This document shows positions 50,021 to 62,989 of a stretch of DNA of 64,000 bases, in pieces. Numbering within the stretch: the stretch's first letter is position 1; the number at the start of each line of letters is the position of its first letter. The stretch spans positions 992,001-1,056,000 of the forward strand of contig MU054466.1 of assembly GCA_013239625.1 (NCBI GenBank). Direction: 5' to 3'. The position numbers and the translations under genes are program-made. The DNA comes from Lama guanicoe (lineage: Eukaryota). The notes under the pieces are model-generated. The model saw only the letters and a list, made by a program, of their open reading frames with translations, did not search any database and was not told where the DNA came from.

Positions 50021-50595
50021 CTCAGGTTCAGGAGATGCTGTACCACAGAGTAGGACCAATACAGAGAAAGCCCCCAGAGGCAAAGCAAAGGGAAACTGCC
50101 AAGACCTAAGACAAAGAGAACTTCTTAAATACCGTCAGAGGGAAAAGTGCATGTGACTTTCAAGGGAACACGTATTCGGAAGGGCCTGCCCAGGAGACAG
50201 AAACCATGCCGGTAAATTAAAGAGAAAATGTCGCAGTAAATATTTCAACTACAAATTGGAGATTAACTAACTACAAAGAAGGACAGAGAGAATTCTAAAG
50301 AAGGCAGGAGTGCTGTCTGAGGGAGCAGACACTACCTCGTGGGCTCAGGAGCGTAACCCAAAGCAGGAGCAAATGTGGATGAGGCCCCAGCCAAGGCTAA
50401 GGTTCAGATCTTGCTGGAGAGGCTGTGGCTGCGTCCCACCGGACTGCAGAGATCATCACCCCTCAGAACACATGTGCTTAAGTCCTTAATAAAATATTAG
50501 TAAGTCAAATCGAGCAGCGTATCAAAGGGCAATGCACCATGATTAAGTGGGATTTCTCACAGGAATGCAAGGTTTGCTTAAATCAACATTTGAAT

Positions 50596-50761
50596 ATATG
50601 AGTTTCTTCTGTACAGCCCAGGGAACTACATGCAATATCTTACAGTAATCTACAATGAAAAAGAATACGAAAAGGGATGCATGCACGGACACGTATGACT
50701 GAGACATGATGCTGTACACCAGAAATTGACACACTGTAAGCCGACTATATACTTCAGTAAA
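50596..50761 (+). mobile_element. Young 5'-truncated L1 3' end with 16-bp target-site duplication
   Basis: ctgtacagcccagggaactac...gctgtacaccagaaattgacacactgtaag; flanked by aaatcaacatttgaat (50580-50595) and aaattaacacttgaat (50762-50777). Confidence 0.8.
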
Positions 50762-51302
50762 AAATTAACACTTGAATGTCAATAATGTAATGCAACTGAT
50801 TAAGAGATTAAAGGAGAATACTCAATCTTCCCAATAAAGGCAGAAAAAGCATTTGACTAATTTCAACGCTTGTTCATGAATAAAAACTCTCAGGAAACTA
50901 CGTAAAGAAGGAAACGCCCTCAGTCTGACAAAGGACGTCTGTGAAATAACCACAGCTCACATTACATCTGCTGAAAGGAGGTAAAATGTCTTCCCCTTAA
51001 TTGATCCTTAATTAGGGTCACGGCTTGGATGCCCAGGTTCATCACTGCTATTTAACTCTGCAGTGGAGTCACCAGCCAGTACAATAAAGCAAGAAAAAGA
51101 AATTAGAGACACAAAGATTAGAAAGGAAGGAGTGAAACTGTATTTATTTGCAGATGACATAATTATATACAGGATCTTAAGGAATCTATAAAACGGTTGT
51201 CAGAATAACTGAACTCAACACAATTAGAAAAATGAGGTTATTATACAAAAATCAGATGCATTTCTGTATGTTGTCACTAAACAATTTTAAAAGTGAAATT
51301 AG

Positions 51303-51468
51303 GAGGGTGGGTATGGCTCAGTGGTAGAGCATGTGCTTAGCACGCACAAGGTCCTAGGTTCAATCCCCAGCACCTCCATTAAAATAAATAAATTAATACA
51401 TAAATAAATAAACCTAATTACCCCCTCCCCCCAAAACCAAACCAAACCACAACAAAAATAAACAAACG
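51303..51468 (+). mobile_element. tRNA-derived SINE, Vic-1-like (camelid), inserted in an L1 ORF2 remnant
   Basis: A box tggctcagtgg, B box ggttcaatcc, A-rich tail; degenerate target-site duplication taaaagtgaaattag / taaaacctgaaatcag. Confidence 0.85.
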
Positions 51469-52689
51469 TAAAACCTGAAATCAGTTTAACAAACTATCTG
51501 CAAGAGATATACAGTTAAAACTGCGAAGTGTCAAGACAACTACGTCAGCATGATCACAGAGGGTGGACCCACCTACGCTGTGCAAACATCAGCACAAACA
51601 TCTGAATTAGACTGAGGACTCCAAGAACTGGAAGAGGGGAGGAGGAAGCACAGACAGGTGAAAACACAAGCACTGCAGGCAGAAAGGCCGGGTGTGGCTC
51701 TGGGGCTTCCGCCCGCTGCTCCTTCATGCTCGGCCCCTTCATCTAGGAGGTGCCCATAAGAACCCGCTCTTGGTTAAACTATGTGAGACGATGTGGCGGG
51801 AGGCACTCGGGCAGAGGCACGCTCGGCTCTGATAACAGACAGACTCTCAGGACAGGACGGCGAGGAGGGTGTTCAACAGGGACGGTGACAAAGGCCTGCA
51901 GCCTCCACCTCCCGGCCGTGCCTCACATTCCAGAAACTAAATGTGACAGCCAGCAGCCGGGGAGGAAGGTCTGGCCCAGCAGCGCCACGTGGTAGGCGTG
52001 CGTGGCCCCCCAGGCACGTGCACGGGTGCACTGCCGACCGTAGAGCTCCTCTCTGGACACCAGCCCTGATCTCACCGGCCAGACTGTGAACAGAGGCCCG
52101 AGGACCCCGCCCTTGCGCGCTGACCGGCAAGCACCCGTCTCTGCTTCCACGTCGTGAGACGCACCCCTGCGGAACCGCCCTGCACAGCTCCGAGCACTCC
52201 TGCCCATGGAGAACCTCACTTGACACTGTTTCTGTCACAGCCAGAGAGGCTGGAGGTCATCTGCTGAATTCATAGGGTTAAAATGAAAAGTAAACAAGGA
52301 CGAAGTCCTGCTGAGATAGAGACTTAAGTCACTGGGGAGACACACCCTCCCCAGTGGATCAGAAGCCCCAGTGTTGTGGAGACGAGAGCTCTCCTCAGAC
52401 CGATCACACATCAGCACAGCCACCGCACAAACCCCGGCAGGCTCGCTGCAAGCCGATGAGCTGACTCCAGAGCTCACACGGAAATAAACACGAGGAGCAA
52501 GAAGAGCCCAACCACCCCGAAAGGGAGCAGACGCACGACAAAGCTGCAGCGATGGGTCGGGGTGGCCCTGGCACAGCACGGGCAGAGCCACGGTCCCGGC
52601 ACAGGCGGAAGGGCCACGCCGTCGCAGTCCAAGCGGCTTCTGCCAAAGGCACGCGGTAACTCAGCGTGAACGTCCTTCCAAGCCGGAGC

Positions 52690-53620
52690 GGGAACGCCGC
52701 ACATCCCTACGGACAGAAATGGCCCTCGACTCCCTGCACGCCGTGAATAAAAGTGACCTTGAAGCAGATCATAAACTTAAACATAAAAGGTAAAATCAAA
52801 AAACAAAAACTTTGGGGAAAAATAGGAGAAAATCGTCACAACGCTGGGGAAGGCACAGATTTCTTAGGTGGGACACAAAGTATAAATCACAGAAGAAAAA
52901 ACTATTATATCAGGTTTTATCCGAATGAAAAACCCCTGGTCTTTAGGAGACTGTTGTGAAAATGGGAACAAAAGTCAGGTTGACCAAAAACATTCACAAG
53001 ACACAGGTCTGCAGACGACTTACATCCGAAATACGTAAAGGGCTCTTGAAGACAAACAACAAAATTAAAGAGCTGCCAAGAGACATGGAAGTGTATTTTA
53101 TTAAAGGATATAGATTACCGGCCAGCAGCGCGTGAGGAAAGAGCTGCCTGACACCATGAGGCAAACGCAAGGGAAGGCCCAGGCCGCAGCACTGCCCCCT
53201 GGGATGGCCGGCTTAGAGGGCCGGGGCGCCAAGGGCCGGTGCGGGTGGCGCATCCGGCCCAGCCGCGCGCTGCTTGGAGCAGGGGCGGGAAGTTTATGAT
53301 CGAGGTAAGCACACACCGGCCTACACCCCGGCCCTTCCACGCTTCAGACACAAAAGAACACATCACCGCCTTCTGTTTACCGGGAGCTCTAGAAAAGGCA
53401 AGGCTAACGTGTCACGGCGAAGAGCAGGTCAACAGCTGTCCGCCTGGGGGCCGCGGCAGGGCTCGCCTGGGAGGAGGCGCGAGGGGCCTTCCAGGATGCA
53501 TTGTGGGTGTGACGGCGCCTCCGTGCACACACCTGCCACGACGCACCAACCTCTGCACTTAAAGTGAGTTCGCTGCATTTAATGTAAATGACATTTCAAC
53601 CACGTCGATTTAAAGTTTAA
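52690..53620 (+). mobile_element. Old L1 ORF2 3' part and 3' UTR remnant
   Basis: ORF 52753..52959 KQIINLNIKGK...KIGENRHNAGEGTDFLGGTQ resembles L1 ORF2 WIKDLNVK...ENIGE.L.D.G.GKDFL. Confidence 0.7.
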
Positions 53621-53969
53621 AAACAAATGAAGGAAATTACAGCATTTTCAAAGAATAAAAGCAGAATTTTTCACTGGCAAACCTGCACTAAAGGGAATAA
53701 AGAAAGAAGACCGTGGGGCGGAAGCTGAGAGTCCGGAAAGGGAGAAAGACAGCAAAGACTCAGGCATGAGGGTGAACAAGAGTGAACATGACTCGCAAAA
53801 CGCTAACAATGTTTCTGGGCATGACGACGCACGGAGAGACGAAACAGACGACACATCACGTAGAACTCATCATATACGTCGCAAGGAGGTCAGTGAAGTT
53901 AAGTGCCCCACGGCCCTTGCCCGTCTGGGAGGCGGTAAGAGCACTAATTTACGTTAGATTTTGATGAGC

Positions 53970-54172
53970 CAGGGGCACCGTAACTGTGGCCTGAGGGCCA
54001 GATCCAGCCAGCAGCCTGCTTTTGGTGTGGCCGGCCAGCTAACAGCGAGCTTCATCATTTTAGAGGATTGTAACAAAAGATAGAGAAGAATGAACAACAG
54101 AGATTGGATGTGGCTCACAAGGGCTAAGTGTGCACTGCCCGGCCTTCAACAGAAAACACCAGCAGCCCACGG
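53970..54172 (+). mobile_element. hAT-Charlie DNA transposon (MER58-like)
   Basis: cagggg...aactgtggcctgagggccagatccagccagcagcctgcttttggtgtggcc...gtggctcacaagggctaag...ccttcaacagaaaac; about 200 bp with degenerate inverted ends. Confidence 0.7.
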
Positions 54173-54513
54173 CTCTGGGGCGGCCGCTCACGCGCAGGGG
54201 AACACTCGGCAGGAAGCCAAAAGCAGGCACAACTGCTGTCAGTCCAGAGGCAGCGGAGGGGGAGAACTGGGAGGCAAGGAAAAGAAGTGGGGGGAGAACA
54301 AGAGGCAAACGGGGCAGCAGGTTCAAACGCAAATGTGCCAATTGCTGCACTAAACACAAAAAGGCCACGTACTTCAATCAAAGTCAACAATTTTCAGTCT
54401 GGATTTATAAACAGAGCAAAAGTCAACTATGTCCTGCTAAAAAGAGATGCACCCCAAGTACATACAAAGCGACAGAAACACATATCAACCTTCTTAAATA
54501 AACATATAATGAT

Positions 54514-54551
54514 ACACACACACACACACATAAAATTACACACACACACAT
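54514..54551. repeat. Interrupted (CA)n microsatellite
   Basis: Two CA runs separated by taaaatta. Confidence 0.85.
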
Positions 54552-55599
54552 ATGAAAAGGACACACGCTACAAACACTAACAGAGGACAGCTGTCCGGCC
54601 CCACCACCACCCCACGAAGTGGACTCTACAGCAAAGGCGTTAAAGAGACGGAGTGACATTTCTTGGTGACGGAAGGTTCGCTTCGCTTCACCAGCAGGGG
54701 ACTCAGTCGTGGCGAATCTGCCTTCTGCAGTTCTGAAGGCAGAGCAGGTGGTCAAAAGGTGCATGGGCGTTCAATTTTACAAAGTAAAATGGCACTAAAT
54801 CATCAAACTCACTTCTTGAACAAGACAAGGCTGCAAGCTGAGCTGTATGTACCAGCAACACTGATGGGAGACGCGGCGGGTTACAGGAACCCGTGAGGTG
54901 GCCTAGGCTGACGGCAGCACGGGGGCTCGCGAAGATGGGAGAAGCTCTCACGCACCGCAGGACGGACAGGTCAGTCGTCCCGGCCTGTGTGTGATCTGGC
55001 CTGGATTTACGTGAATGGGAGCAGCCTGTCTACTGCATCGCACGTCTGCTTTGACCACAGAAGGGAAGAACGCTTTATCAGAAGGAAGTCCGCGTGAACA
55101 CAAAGATAGCCACCCCACGCCGGCCTCCTTCAGAGCGGAGCCCCTCCTCCCACACCAAGGTCCCACCGACTCGCTGTGCACGCGCTCCTCTGCCTCTTGA
55201 AACCCCGAAGGGAGGTGCCCCTGTCAAGTCTGGCGTCTGTTCTCTGTCCTGACGAGATACAAAACCGTGCGGGGAACCAGGCTTCCCGGAGCAGCTCCTC
55301 GGCCTCTGAGGGGGGGCCTCCCGGCCGTCGTCCTCAGCTTGGCTTGAATGAGAGCCTCTTCTCTCCCTTATTAGAGGCTGTTTATTGACTGTTCCCGTTG
55401 ACAGCAACTACCTACAGGGAAAGACGGCTGACGTATTAACAGCAAACCCAAGGCTGCACCGTTAGGGGCTGGTGTGTCCAGGTCCCCGGGAACAGAAGAG
55501 GCTTTCAGGCATGTTGATCACAACGCCTGGGGAGAAATGCACTTTGCACGGTGACCTGATATGCACACACACGGTCACCTGTAAATACACACGTTCAAG

Positions 55600-55749
55600 G
55601 AACAGGACCAGGGAGCATTCATGTTACGAGGAAAGCAGTATTTTCTATCCTTTTCTTTTTTCCTTTTTTTTGTTTTAATGCAAGGCTATGACCCACCAAA
55701 CTGATTTCACAGCCATGAATAAACCATGATCTGCTGTTTAAAAACACTG
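55600..55749. mobile_element. hAT-Charlie DNA transposon end (MER119-like)
   Basis: gacccaccaaactgatttcacagcc...ctgtttaaaaacactg terminal motif. Confidence 0.45.
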
Positions 55750-58700
55750 ACTTAAATGAAGCTCTTGCTAACTTCTCCTGGAGGATGTTGGCTCAGGGTT
55801 ATCAAAACGGCCTGACGGGGAGCAGCACTTGCGAGATAAGACAGACTGGAAAATCGCGTAGTTCTCCCTCTGAATAAACCGACTGATATTTCTTCAGACC
55901 CCACACAGGCAGCACGTGTCCTGACGGTTTTAAACATCCGCGCTGAGCCTCTGAATCGAATGGCTGGTGTGTGCGGCTGTGCCCTCCCATGTCTCTCCTC
56001 CTGCGCCCGACAGCTCCCACGGAGCAGAAACCTGCATCTTTAGCCATGAAGCAAATGCAGAAAAAAATGTATCTTAAAATTCCGAGTGAGAAGGAGTGAT
56101 GGTTTCCGAGGCTCACGGGGGAGCACCTCCCTCCTCCCACGGCTGGGACAGGTGATAAAGCACCGCCCGCCCGGGGCCGGCTGGCCGGCACCAGTGCCAC
56201 GTGCCAGCACCAGCCCCTCCGAGGCTGCAAACGCATTAGAGGGACAGGGGCTCAAAGGGAGGAAGGGAGCCGTTTCCCACCTGCTTACCAACTTGTCTGT
56301 GGTGCAAGGAAAACAGACCCTTTTTATTAAACAGCACAGAAATAAATCCGAGCCCAGCTTTCTTGTTTCAGGCATTTCCTGAAAACCCGATACCCTCTGG
56401 CCTTCCTAGTGTCAAGGGTCATCTTCAGACAGACCCCTTCCCGAGAATCGAGGCCTGGGAGCCAAGCAGAGCCTCCTCCAGGCGGAGTTCTCTGGGAAGC
56501 CCTAAAAAACCTGTAATGTTCAGAAAAGGCAGCTTCTAAACCGAGGGGAGGAACGGAGCCCAGTCGAGCCCCCGGGAGCCCTTCCCGCTTGAGAGGCTCT
56601 GCTCTGCAGCTGCCTCTTCCTGGGCGTGCTGGGGCTCCTCACCGGCAGCTCCTCTGCACATCTGGTCTAAAGCCGTGGGAGGAGGGGCGAGCGTGGCTTC
56701 CTCCGTGGCGGACCTGGATGGACACCTCCAGGTGTTGGACAGAGGCGGATCCCAGGCTTCCTGGTCCGCGACGGGACTGGGATCCGGGCTCCCTCCACAC
56801 CTTGTGCTGAGCAGGACAGCCAGCAGCCCTGCTGGGAATTCTGTCTCTCCGCGTCATCAGCCCAGCATCAGGTGCACACGTGGCCGGCACAGAAGGGTGC
56901 ACGTCTCCACACGGCCACTGGAGCAACTGGCTCCACCTCCGGTTGAGGTTCTGACCACGCTCCAGGGCACCTCGGTGTCCCTGTGACGCAGCGAGCCGAG
57001 CCACACCCCAAGAGGCCACTGTGACCCCATTAAGCGCTCCCGCTCTCCACACTGGACCTACGGTGTCCTTCCTGGGGCCGCGCCCACGGTACAACCACAC
57101 TTGTGGCCGACTGTCTGGGTGGCTCCGGGGGGCCGCTTTCCCCACAGTGCCAGGCTGGCTCCTTTGGGCCAGGGGGGCCTCGGTTCAAGGGTCCCCTTCC
57201 AGACAGGCCTTCCCTGCTGCTCAGAGAAGCACCAGTCCTGTGTCACGGCCCCACCAGCACACTTTGGAGCATCACATATTTTAATGTACAGTTCCATGTT
57301 TCCTTCTGATGTTGGGACCGTAAGGTCAGTGGGAGGGTGTCTTGTTACCGCCCAGAGCCTTGGACAGAGACCAGCCAGTCCAAGACAGGAATGCTGGTTC
57401 CTGGGTGCAGAAAGCTCAGAACCTCAGGAGCCCCCTCAAACGTGGGCATCGAGGGGCAGGTCTGGGGACCACTTCCACGTCGAGTTCAGCTGGACCTCGG
57501 ACAAGCTGTCAGAGAAGGGTCACCGAGAAGCAGACAGACGGGGGGGAAGCACCCAATTCAACAGGGACGGGGGGGACAAGGCGCCATCTCAGGCTTATCT
57601 CTGTGTCACCGACCTCTGTGAAAGCGTCCCCAGGGCACCAGCCACCCTCAGTGACAATGTCGCCACCAGGAAAGCCAACCCGAGAGTGACGGGTGGGCCC
57701 GTGCTAAGCCACTGCCTCCCGGGTCCCACCACCCATCAGAGACGCGCAGATGGGTTCCTCTGGGGCTCTGGGGACACGATGGCACCAGGAGAGGACACGA
57801 GTGTGGGGAGGCTGACAGCCCGTGTGGTGCTGCACAGGCCTGGACACGGTCCCACGGTGAAGGACGCGGAAGCTCTCTGGCTCCATGGGCAGCTCACCCA
57901 CAGCTCCCCCCAACCCCCGACGGAGCTTCCTTCCCGCTGGCTGGAGAGGACGGACCTGGGAGGCCGCACTGGGCGGGCGCACCTGACCGCGCGGGATGAG
58001 AGTGCGAGGCCCTGGGTGACCCGAGGCCGGCTGGCTGAGGATGCTCTGGGCCAGGGAGGACCTGCTCTGGTCTCAGCACAGCCCTCCGCCCAGGCCCACC
58101 TGGCACGCACGCTCCCCGCGCCGCGCCATCTCATGGGGTTTTTTTCCCCTTTCATTTATAAATTAGCTTCCCGTGAATCATTACTCATCAGTGATGGGCA
58201 GGCGCTAATGAATCACTGACTTTCACCTTCAACCAGCCGATACAATGTATTTCTGTCGGTAAGAAGCGTGCTTCTTGAATTAAGCCTGGAATCCTTTGAC
58301 AGTTTTCCTTCCCAACATAACACATGTGCACAATTCCGACTTGACAGCAAAGTAAATTCTCATCACGGCTACCGAGCTCGGAGCAGTAAGCGCAGCCGCC
58401 GCAGCCCCGAGCCCCTTGGCCCCTTCCTCCGTGCCCACCTCTGCCCCGGTGTCCCCAGCTGTGGTGGGGGGTGGGTAACCCTGGGCAAGGCTGAGGGAGG
58501 CCCAGGCGAGCCTTAGCCAGCCCCCGGACGTGGCCGGTGCTCGGAGAACGTCACCTGCTGATTTTCTCCCTCACTCTGCACCAGGCGGCCGCGGACGCCC
58601 CCATATTCTCAGGCAACAGTTCTCTCGCACGTCCTTCCAGTTGTGCCGTACCCACAGGACTCACGTAAGACCAGCACTCTTAAGATGGAGACCAGAGCTA

Positions 58701-61700
58701 AGTTAACAAAATGCTCGAGGTTTCCAAGCAGAAATCAACCCCCAATCCAGACCCAGCTCCAGCCACCGCTCCTGGACCCAACGGGCTAAACTGCTCTTCA
58801 AGGTTCCGACAAAGCAGGACGTGGCAACTCGTTTTATTCAAGATACCAGGTCGTTAGCTGTTTAAAATATGCTGTTTACACAATAGATGTTAATTATGAA
58901 TAATTTCTGGGTGCACTCCGCACCTCCAGTGATCAGAATACTAACCAGCAGCCTTGTGGAACAGGTTCCACGTCTCTCGGGCCCCCGGAGCTTTCTGAAC
59001 AACCCGACGTTCCTAGCACTTTGTTTCAGGGCTGAAAAATGTCCCTTAATTTCCAAGCACGGATCGCACCACCAGTCTCTCAGAGGGCTCGGGAGGTAAT
59101 GCGCCCTGCCGAGCCAACGCGCCCTTCCTCAGGCTGCCAGCTTGCCGAGATAATTAGAAACCGGGGGGTGCTCAGAGAAGGTTCACTGCAATTTACTTCC
59201 AGACACAGCAGTTTAATTAGAAAACAAATTCCTTCACAGCTTTAAAGGCTGCTAAGTAACCGCCACACACCCCCAGTGCCTCCTCCCGCGTCTGGTGCTC
59301 AGGCTCTGACCCACACGTTCCGCAGATCTGATGAGGTGGCCGAGGCTGGGAAGGGGTTAATCCCTGACATCCGGGAACCCCGTGCAGCGGCAGCCGCTTG
59401 AGACAAACCACATTCATCACAGAACTTGTGTGAAAACTTCCACCAATTTCTCTGGTGATGGCGAAGACCCTCCTCCAGGAGGGTGACGACCCCCTGGAGC
59501 TGGAGTTCAGGCCGCGTAGGGGCAGTGAAGGAAGCTGCCGGAAGACAGCTGGAAAGGCAGGTTGTGGAGGTGACGCCTGGAGCCCCCCATAAGCCCCCAT
59601 GCCTGATGCTCTGGGCCCCTCGGCTCCTGGGGGCCCCTCGGACGGGTCGCCTGCCGTGCAGCCTGCAGCTCAGGCCGACAGTAACCTCTGGCTCCCGGGA
59701 CGGAGCCCTTTCCTGCCTGCACCGCAGGAAGGGAGCTAGTGGCCGGGCCCAGCTTTCAGAGACCGATCTCTGGGCCTCTGGGCCAGGGAGGTGACCCCCC
59801 CACTTGCCCATGAGCACAGGGGTGACAAGGTCGCTGTGGCATTCTGCATAGGGCCAGGCCAGACCCGCACAGACCAAGACCGGCAGGGCGGATACAAGCG
59901 GGGTGAAAGATGCGGGGGCGGCACGTGGGAGCCCACTAGGCCGCGGCTTCTGCAGATCAGCTAGGAGACCCCCGGGGAGACGGGGGTGTCCCTCCCTCAC
60001 TCTGCTCCTGTCGGAACCCCAGGCCACCTGGCACAGCTGGAAAGACGCGCACACGCCCGGCAACGTCCACCTTCTCTTCTGCCTCCATCCCTGGGCTTCG
60101 ACGCTTGACTCCTCTCACATCCAGAGGAAAGGATTTCGACTTGTGTCTGAACAAAAACACGACACGACACAAGAGGCGCCTGGGCCTGAGTCTGGACGGT
60201 GGTTTCCTGCTCTGTGGCTGCGGGCGTCACTCCGCCTCCCAAAGGCTCGGCTCGCTTGGTGGTGCCGCCGGCAAGGATGGGGTGAGCCCCCGTGCGAGAC
60301 GCGCCGGCACCGAAGCCCCTGCAACGTCTCGCTGGACGCCCCCCGCCCCTCCTCAGGCGTGTCCCAGGCCACGTCCCGAAGGCGGGCGGCGCTGGTGCAG
60401 AGGAGGGGCATCCAGTGGACAAAGGGCGCTTGGTGGGGAACGGCTGGCCCAGGTGACGGCACTGCCCACAAGGCGGAGGGGACTGGTGAGGCAGCCGGCC
60501 AGCCCGCCTGGAGCAGCAGTGCATCGCGGAGCACGGCGTGGACTCCCCAGCAAAGATCCGCCCCACACGAGCGACACGCTTCACCCACGTGCAGGTCGGC
60601 ATCACGTTGAGCCGCGGCGTGGAAGGGACCCCATGGAGAGACAGCACAGCCCCGGAGGGGCAGAAGCTGAGAGCCCGCTGCAGCCAAGAGCTGCGTCTTC
60701 TGACCAGACCTCCCCAGAAGACGGTCACAAAACAGGTGAGAGCACCGAGACGTCTCCCCCAGGAAGGTGTTCCGCGCGCGGCAGGCACGGCAGCCGGGGG
60801 CCTGCTGTGCGTGGGCGTGCTGCGGTCCTGCCCAGCCTCGGAGCCACAAAACCAGATCTGCTTCTTGCAAACTTTTATTACAGACTGTTAGCACAGCTGG
60901 GGAAAAAGATCTAAAAATTAAAAAAACAACGGAACAGCATTTTCTTTTAAAGGGAAAATCTCACAGGTAAGCTATGGAGGTAAAGGACTTGGACGTCCTC
61001 AGAAGCAGGTCCCCGGGGGGCCGGGAGCCGCCCACCCGGATCTCACCTCTGCACTGCCTAAAGCACGCAGTCCGCCCTGGCAGGAAAGCCAGACGCTGCT
61101 CAACCCCGCACGCCCGCTGACCTGGGCGGCCACGTGGCGCCGTCCGCAGGAAGCGCGATGCGTCTGCGTCCCAGGTGAGTGGGCTTCAGGGAGCAACGGC
61201 TCAGACCCAGACCAGCGTGTCCTGAAGAGTGATCTGCGGCGAGGACTCGAGGGTTGCGAGGTGACTTGTTCCTACTCTTTTGGTCACATCGTCACACCTC
61301 ACACCCCACCAAAGTCTGGAGGGAAAAGTGGGTTCATTTTGGATATCATCACTGTGCCAATTAACCTGCACAATGAGCTTTTCTAAAATGAAACCTCTCT
61401 GGAGAGGCCACTACCGCTTTTTAAACTGCGCAGCTGGACGTGCGCATATAATTTTCCCTAAGTGGCATGGCGGCATTCACAGGAGGGTGGGCGGGGTCAG
61501 TGTACAAAAGACACTCTGCCCCCTCAGTCTTCATCGGAAACCTAAATGGCTTCAGAAGCGCACAGTGGTATCGCCCACCGTCCAGGCTGCAGCTTGGGGA
61601 AAGCGTTACGGGAACAGAGCACCTGGGGGTGGGGGTGGTGGGTGGGCTGGCGCCCAGAGCCGGCAGCACCACACGCTCCTCAGACGCTGGGCGCGGGGCG

Positions 61701-62989
61701 TGTCCCACGAGCGTAGCTCCTGAGGGGGACACGAGGACTCCAGCCACGGCTGTCGCAGTCCGTGGTCTTCCCCCCACACCCCCTCCTCCGCCTGATCCCC
61801 ACTCAGAATGTTATCTTTTTTTTTTTAATTGAAGCACACTTACAACGTGTCACTTACTGGTCCACACGTGGCGTCAGGACATACTCTGACGCTGCCGGCT
61901 ACTAATTACATTCTCCTTTTTAAATTAACACACGGACGCCCCATCTGTCAGCATTTCACCAATGTCGTGGCGTCGCCGGGCACGGGAGCGGGGGGGCGGG
62001 GACGGAGAACAGAGGACCCTGTGAACCAGCCCTCGGAAGCTGAAGTGTGGGCTCACCAGCTGAGCTGGGAAAGCCACTCAGTGCCGGGGGGCGGGTGGTC
62101 AACACCGAGCGCTTCCAGGGGCACTGGTGGCCGCGACGTCTGAGGGCCCGGCTCAGGGAAGTAGTGCTCGACGAAGAGCACTAAAACCTTACTGTGTGAG
62201 GTGCCCGCTTCTGCTGTTCAGCTGTCACTAACGGGCAGGCACAGCGAGAGTGACGGCTTCCTCCCCGTAGGAAGCGCCTCTCGCGTCCTGGCGGGTCCCC
62301 CCACCCCCGCCCCCGCCCCCGGGCCCAGGGGTCCCTGCTGCACCTCCTGCACTCCTGACCTCCCCTTACAGGGCATCTTCCCCACATCACACACGCGTCT
62401 CACCCAAAGTCGTGCCGCGGCGAGTTGGTTTTTCTGGGCACGCGGCGCCGTGACGTCAGCCCGGTAGCTGCGACCACCACTGCACTCAGGGGCGGGGCTT
62501 CCCGCCACCCCCGGCCCCTCCAGGGGCTCTCGGAGCGGCTCTCCCGACCTCCACTCTCCTGTTCTCTGACCCCGCACTGCCGTCTCTTCCTGCAGGTCAC
62601 ACGAACGGAGCCAGACCGGGTCCCCTTTCACCCCACGCAGGACTTCTGGGAGCCCGTGAGGCTGTGGCCCGGCCGCCCTCACTTCTTCCTGGCCTGGTGC
62701 CCCCTGTTCATGCTTTCGCCCCTGAAGGACACGCTGGTTAAGCTTTGGGTGGTGATGAGCACAGCTACTACAACCACCCCTGTACGGACTCTGAACCCAG
62801 CCTCCACTCCTCTGCGAGGAGTCCCGGGAGCAGGCCCACGGGCGAAGGCGTTTAAAGTGCCCAGAGACTGCACCCCTGTCCACGGAGGCCGCGCCGTTTG
62901 GCCTCTGCACAGCACCGCGGGGAGGCCTGGCTGTCCCACGTACGCACGGCCCCTGGCACCATCAGCCTTTCTTGTTTCGGCCCCTCTGC

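Larger units (their letters stand above)
49220..51545 (+). mobile_element. Old L1 remnant (ORF1 region and ORF2 reverse transcriptase) hosting nested MLT1, young L1 3' end and SINE insertions
   Basis: RT segments ttaataaaatattag...catgattaagtgggattt...ggaatgcaagg (NKIL...HDQVGF..GMQG like) and ttt gca gat gac (FADD motif) at 51147-51158. Confidence 0.8.
53630..54900 (+). mobile_element. Additional old L1 fragment (ORF1 end to endonuclease)
   Basis: A-rich L1-like tracts such as gaatttttcactggcaaacctgcactaaag and ttttcagtctggatttataaacagagcaaaagtcaactatgtcctg. Confidence 0.5.

Noticed and set aside
51147-51158. Reverse-transcriptase FADD motif as a sign of an active or domesticated RT
   Set aside because: The surrounding frame is disrupted by stops and nested insertions; this is a dead L1
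51303-51376. tRNA-Ala-like sequence
   Set aside because: It is a SINE head: followed by the family-specific body and A-rich tail, flanked by a target-site duplication, and lacking a proper acceptor stem
57101-58219. 372-aa plus-strand ORF, antisense to RPTOR
   Set aside because: Non-ATG start, low-complexity P/G/R/A-rich composition and no recognisable domain; long ORFs are expected in DNA this GC-rich
59903-60914. Cluster of overlapping 230-270-aa ORFs on both strands
   Set aside because: Symmetric openness in several frames reflects stop-codon depletion at high GC, not coding signal
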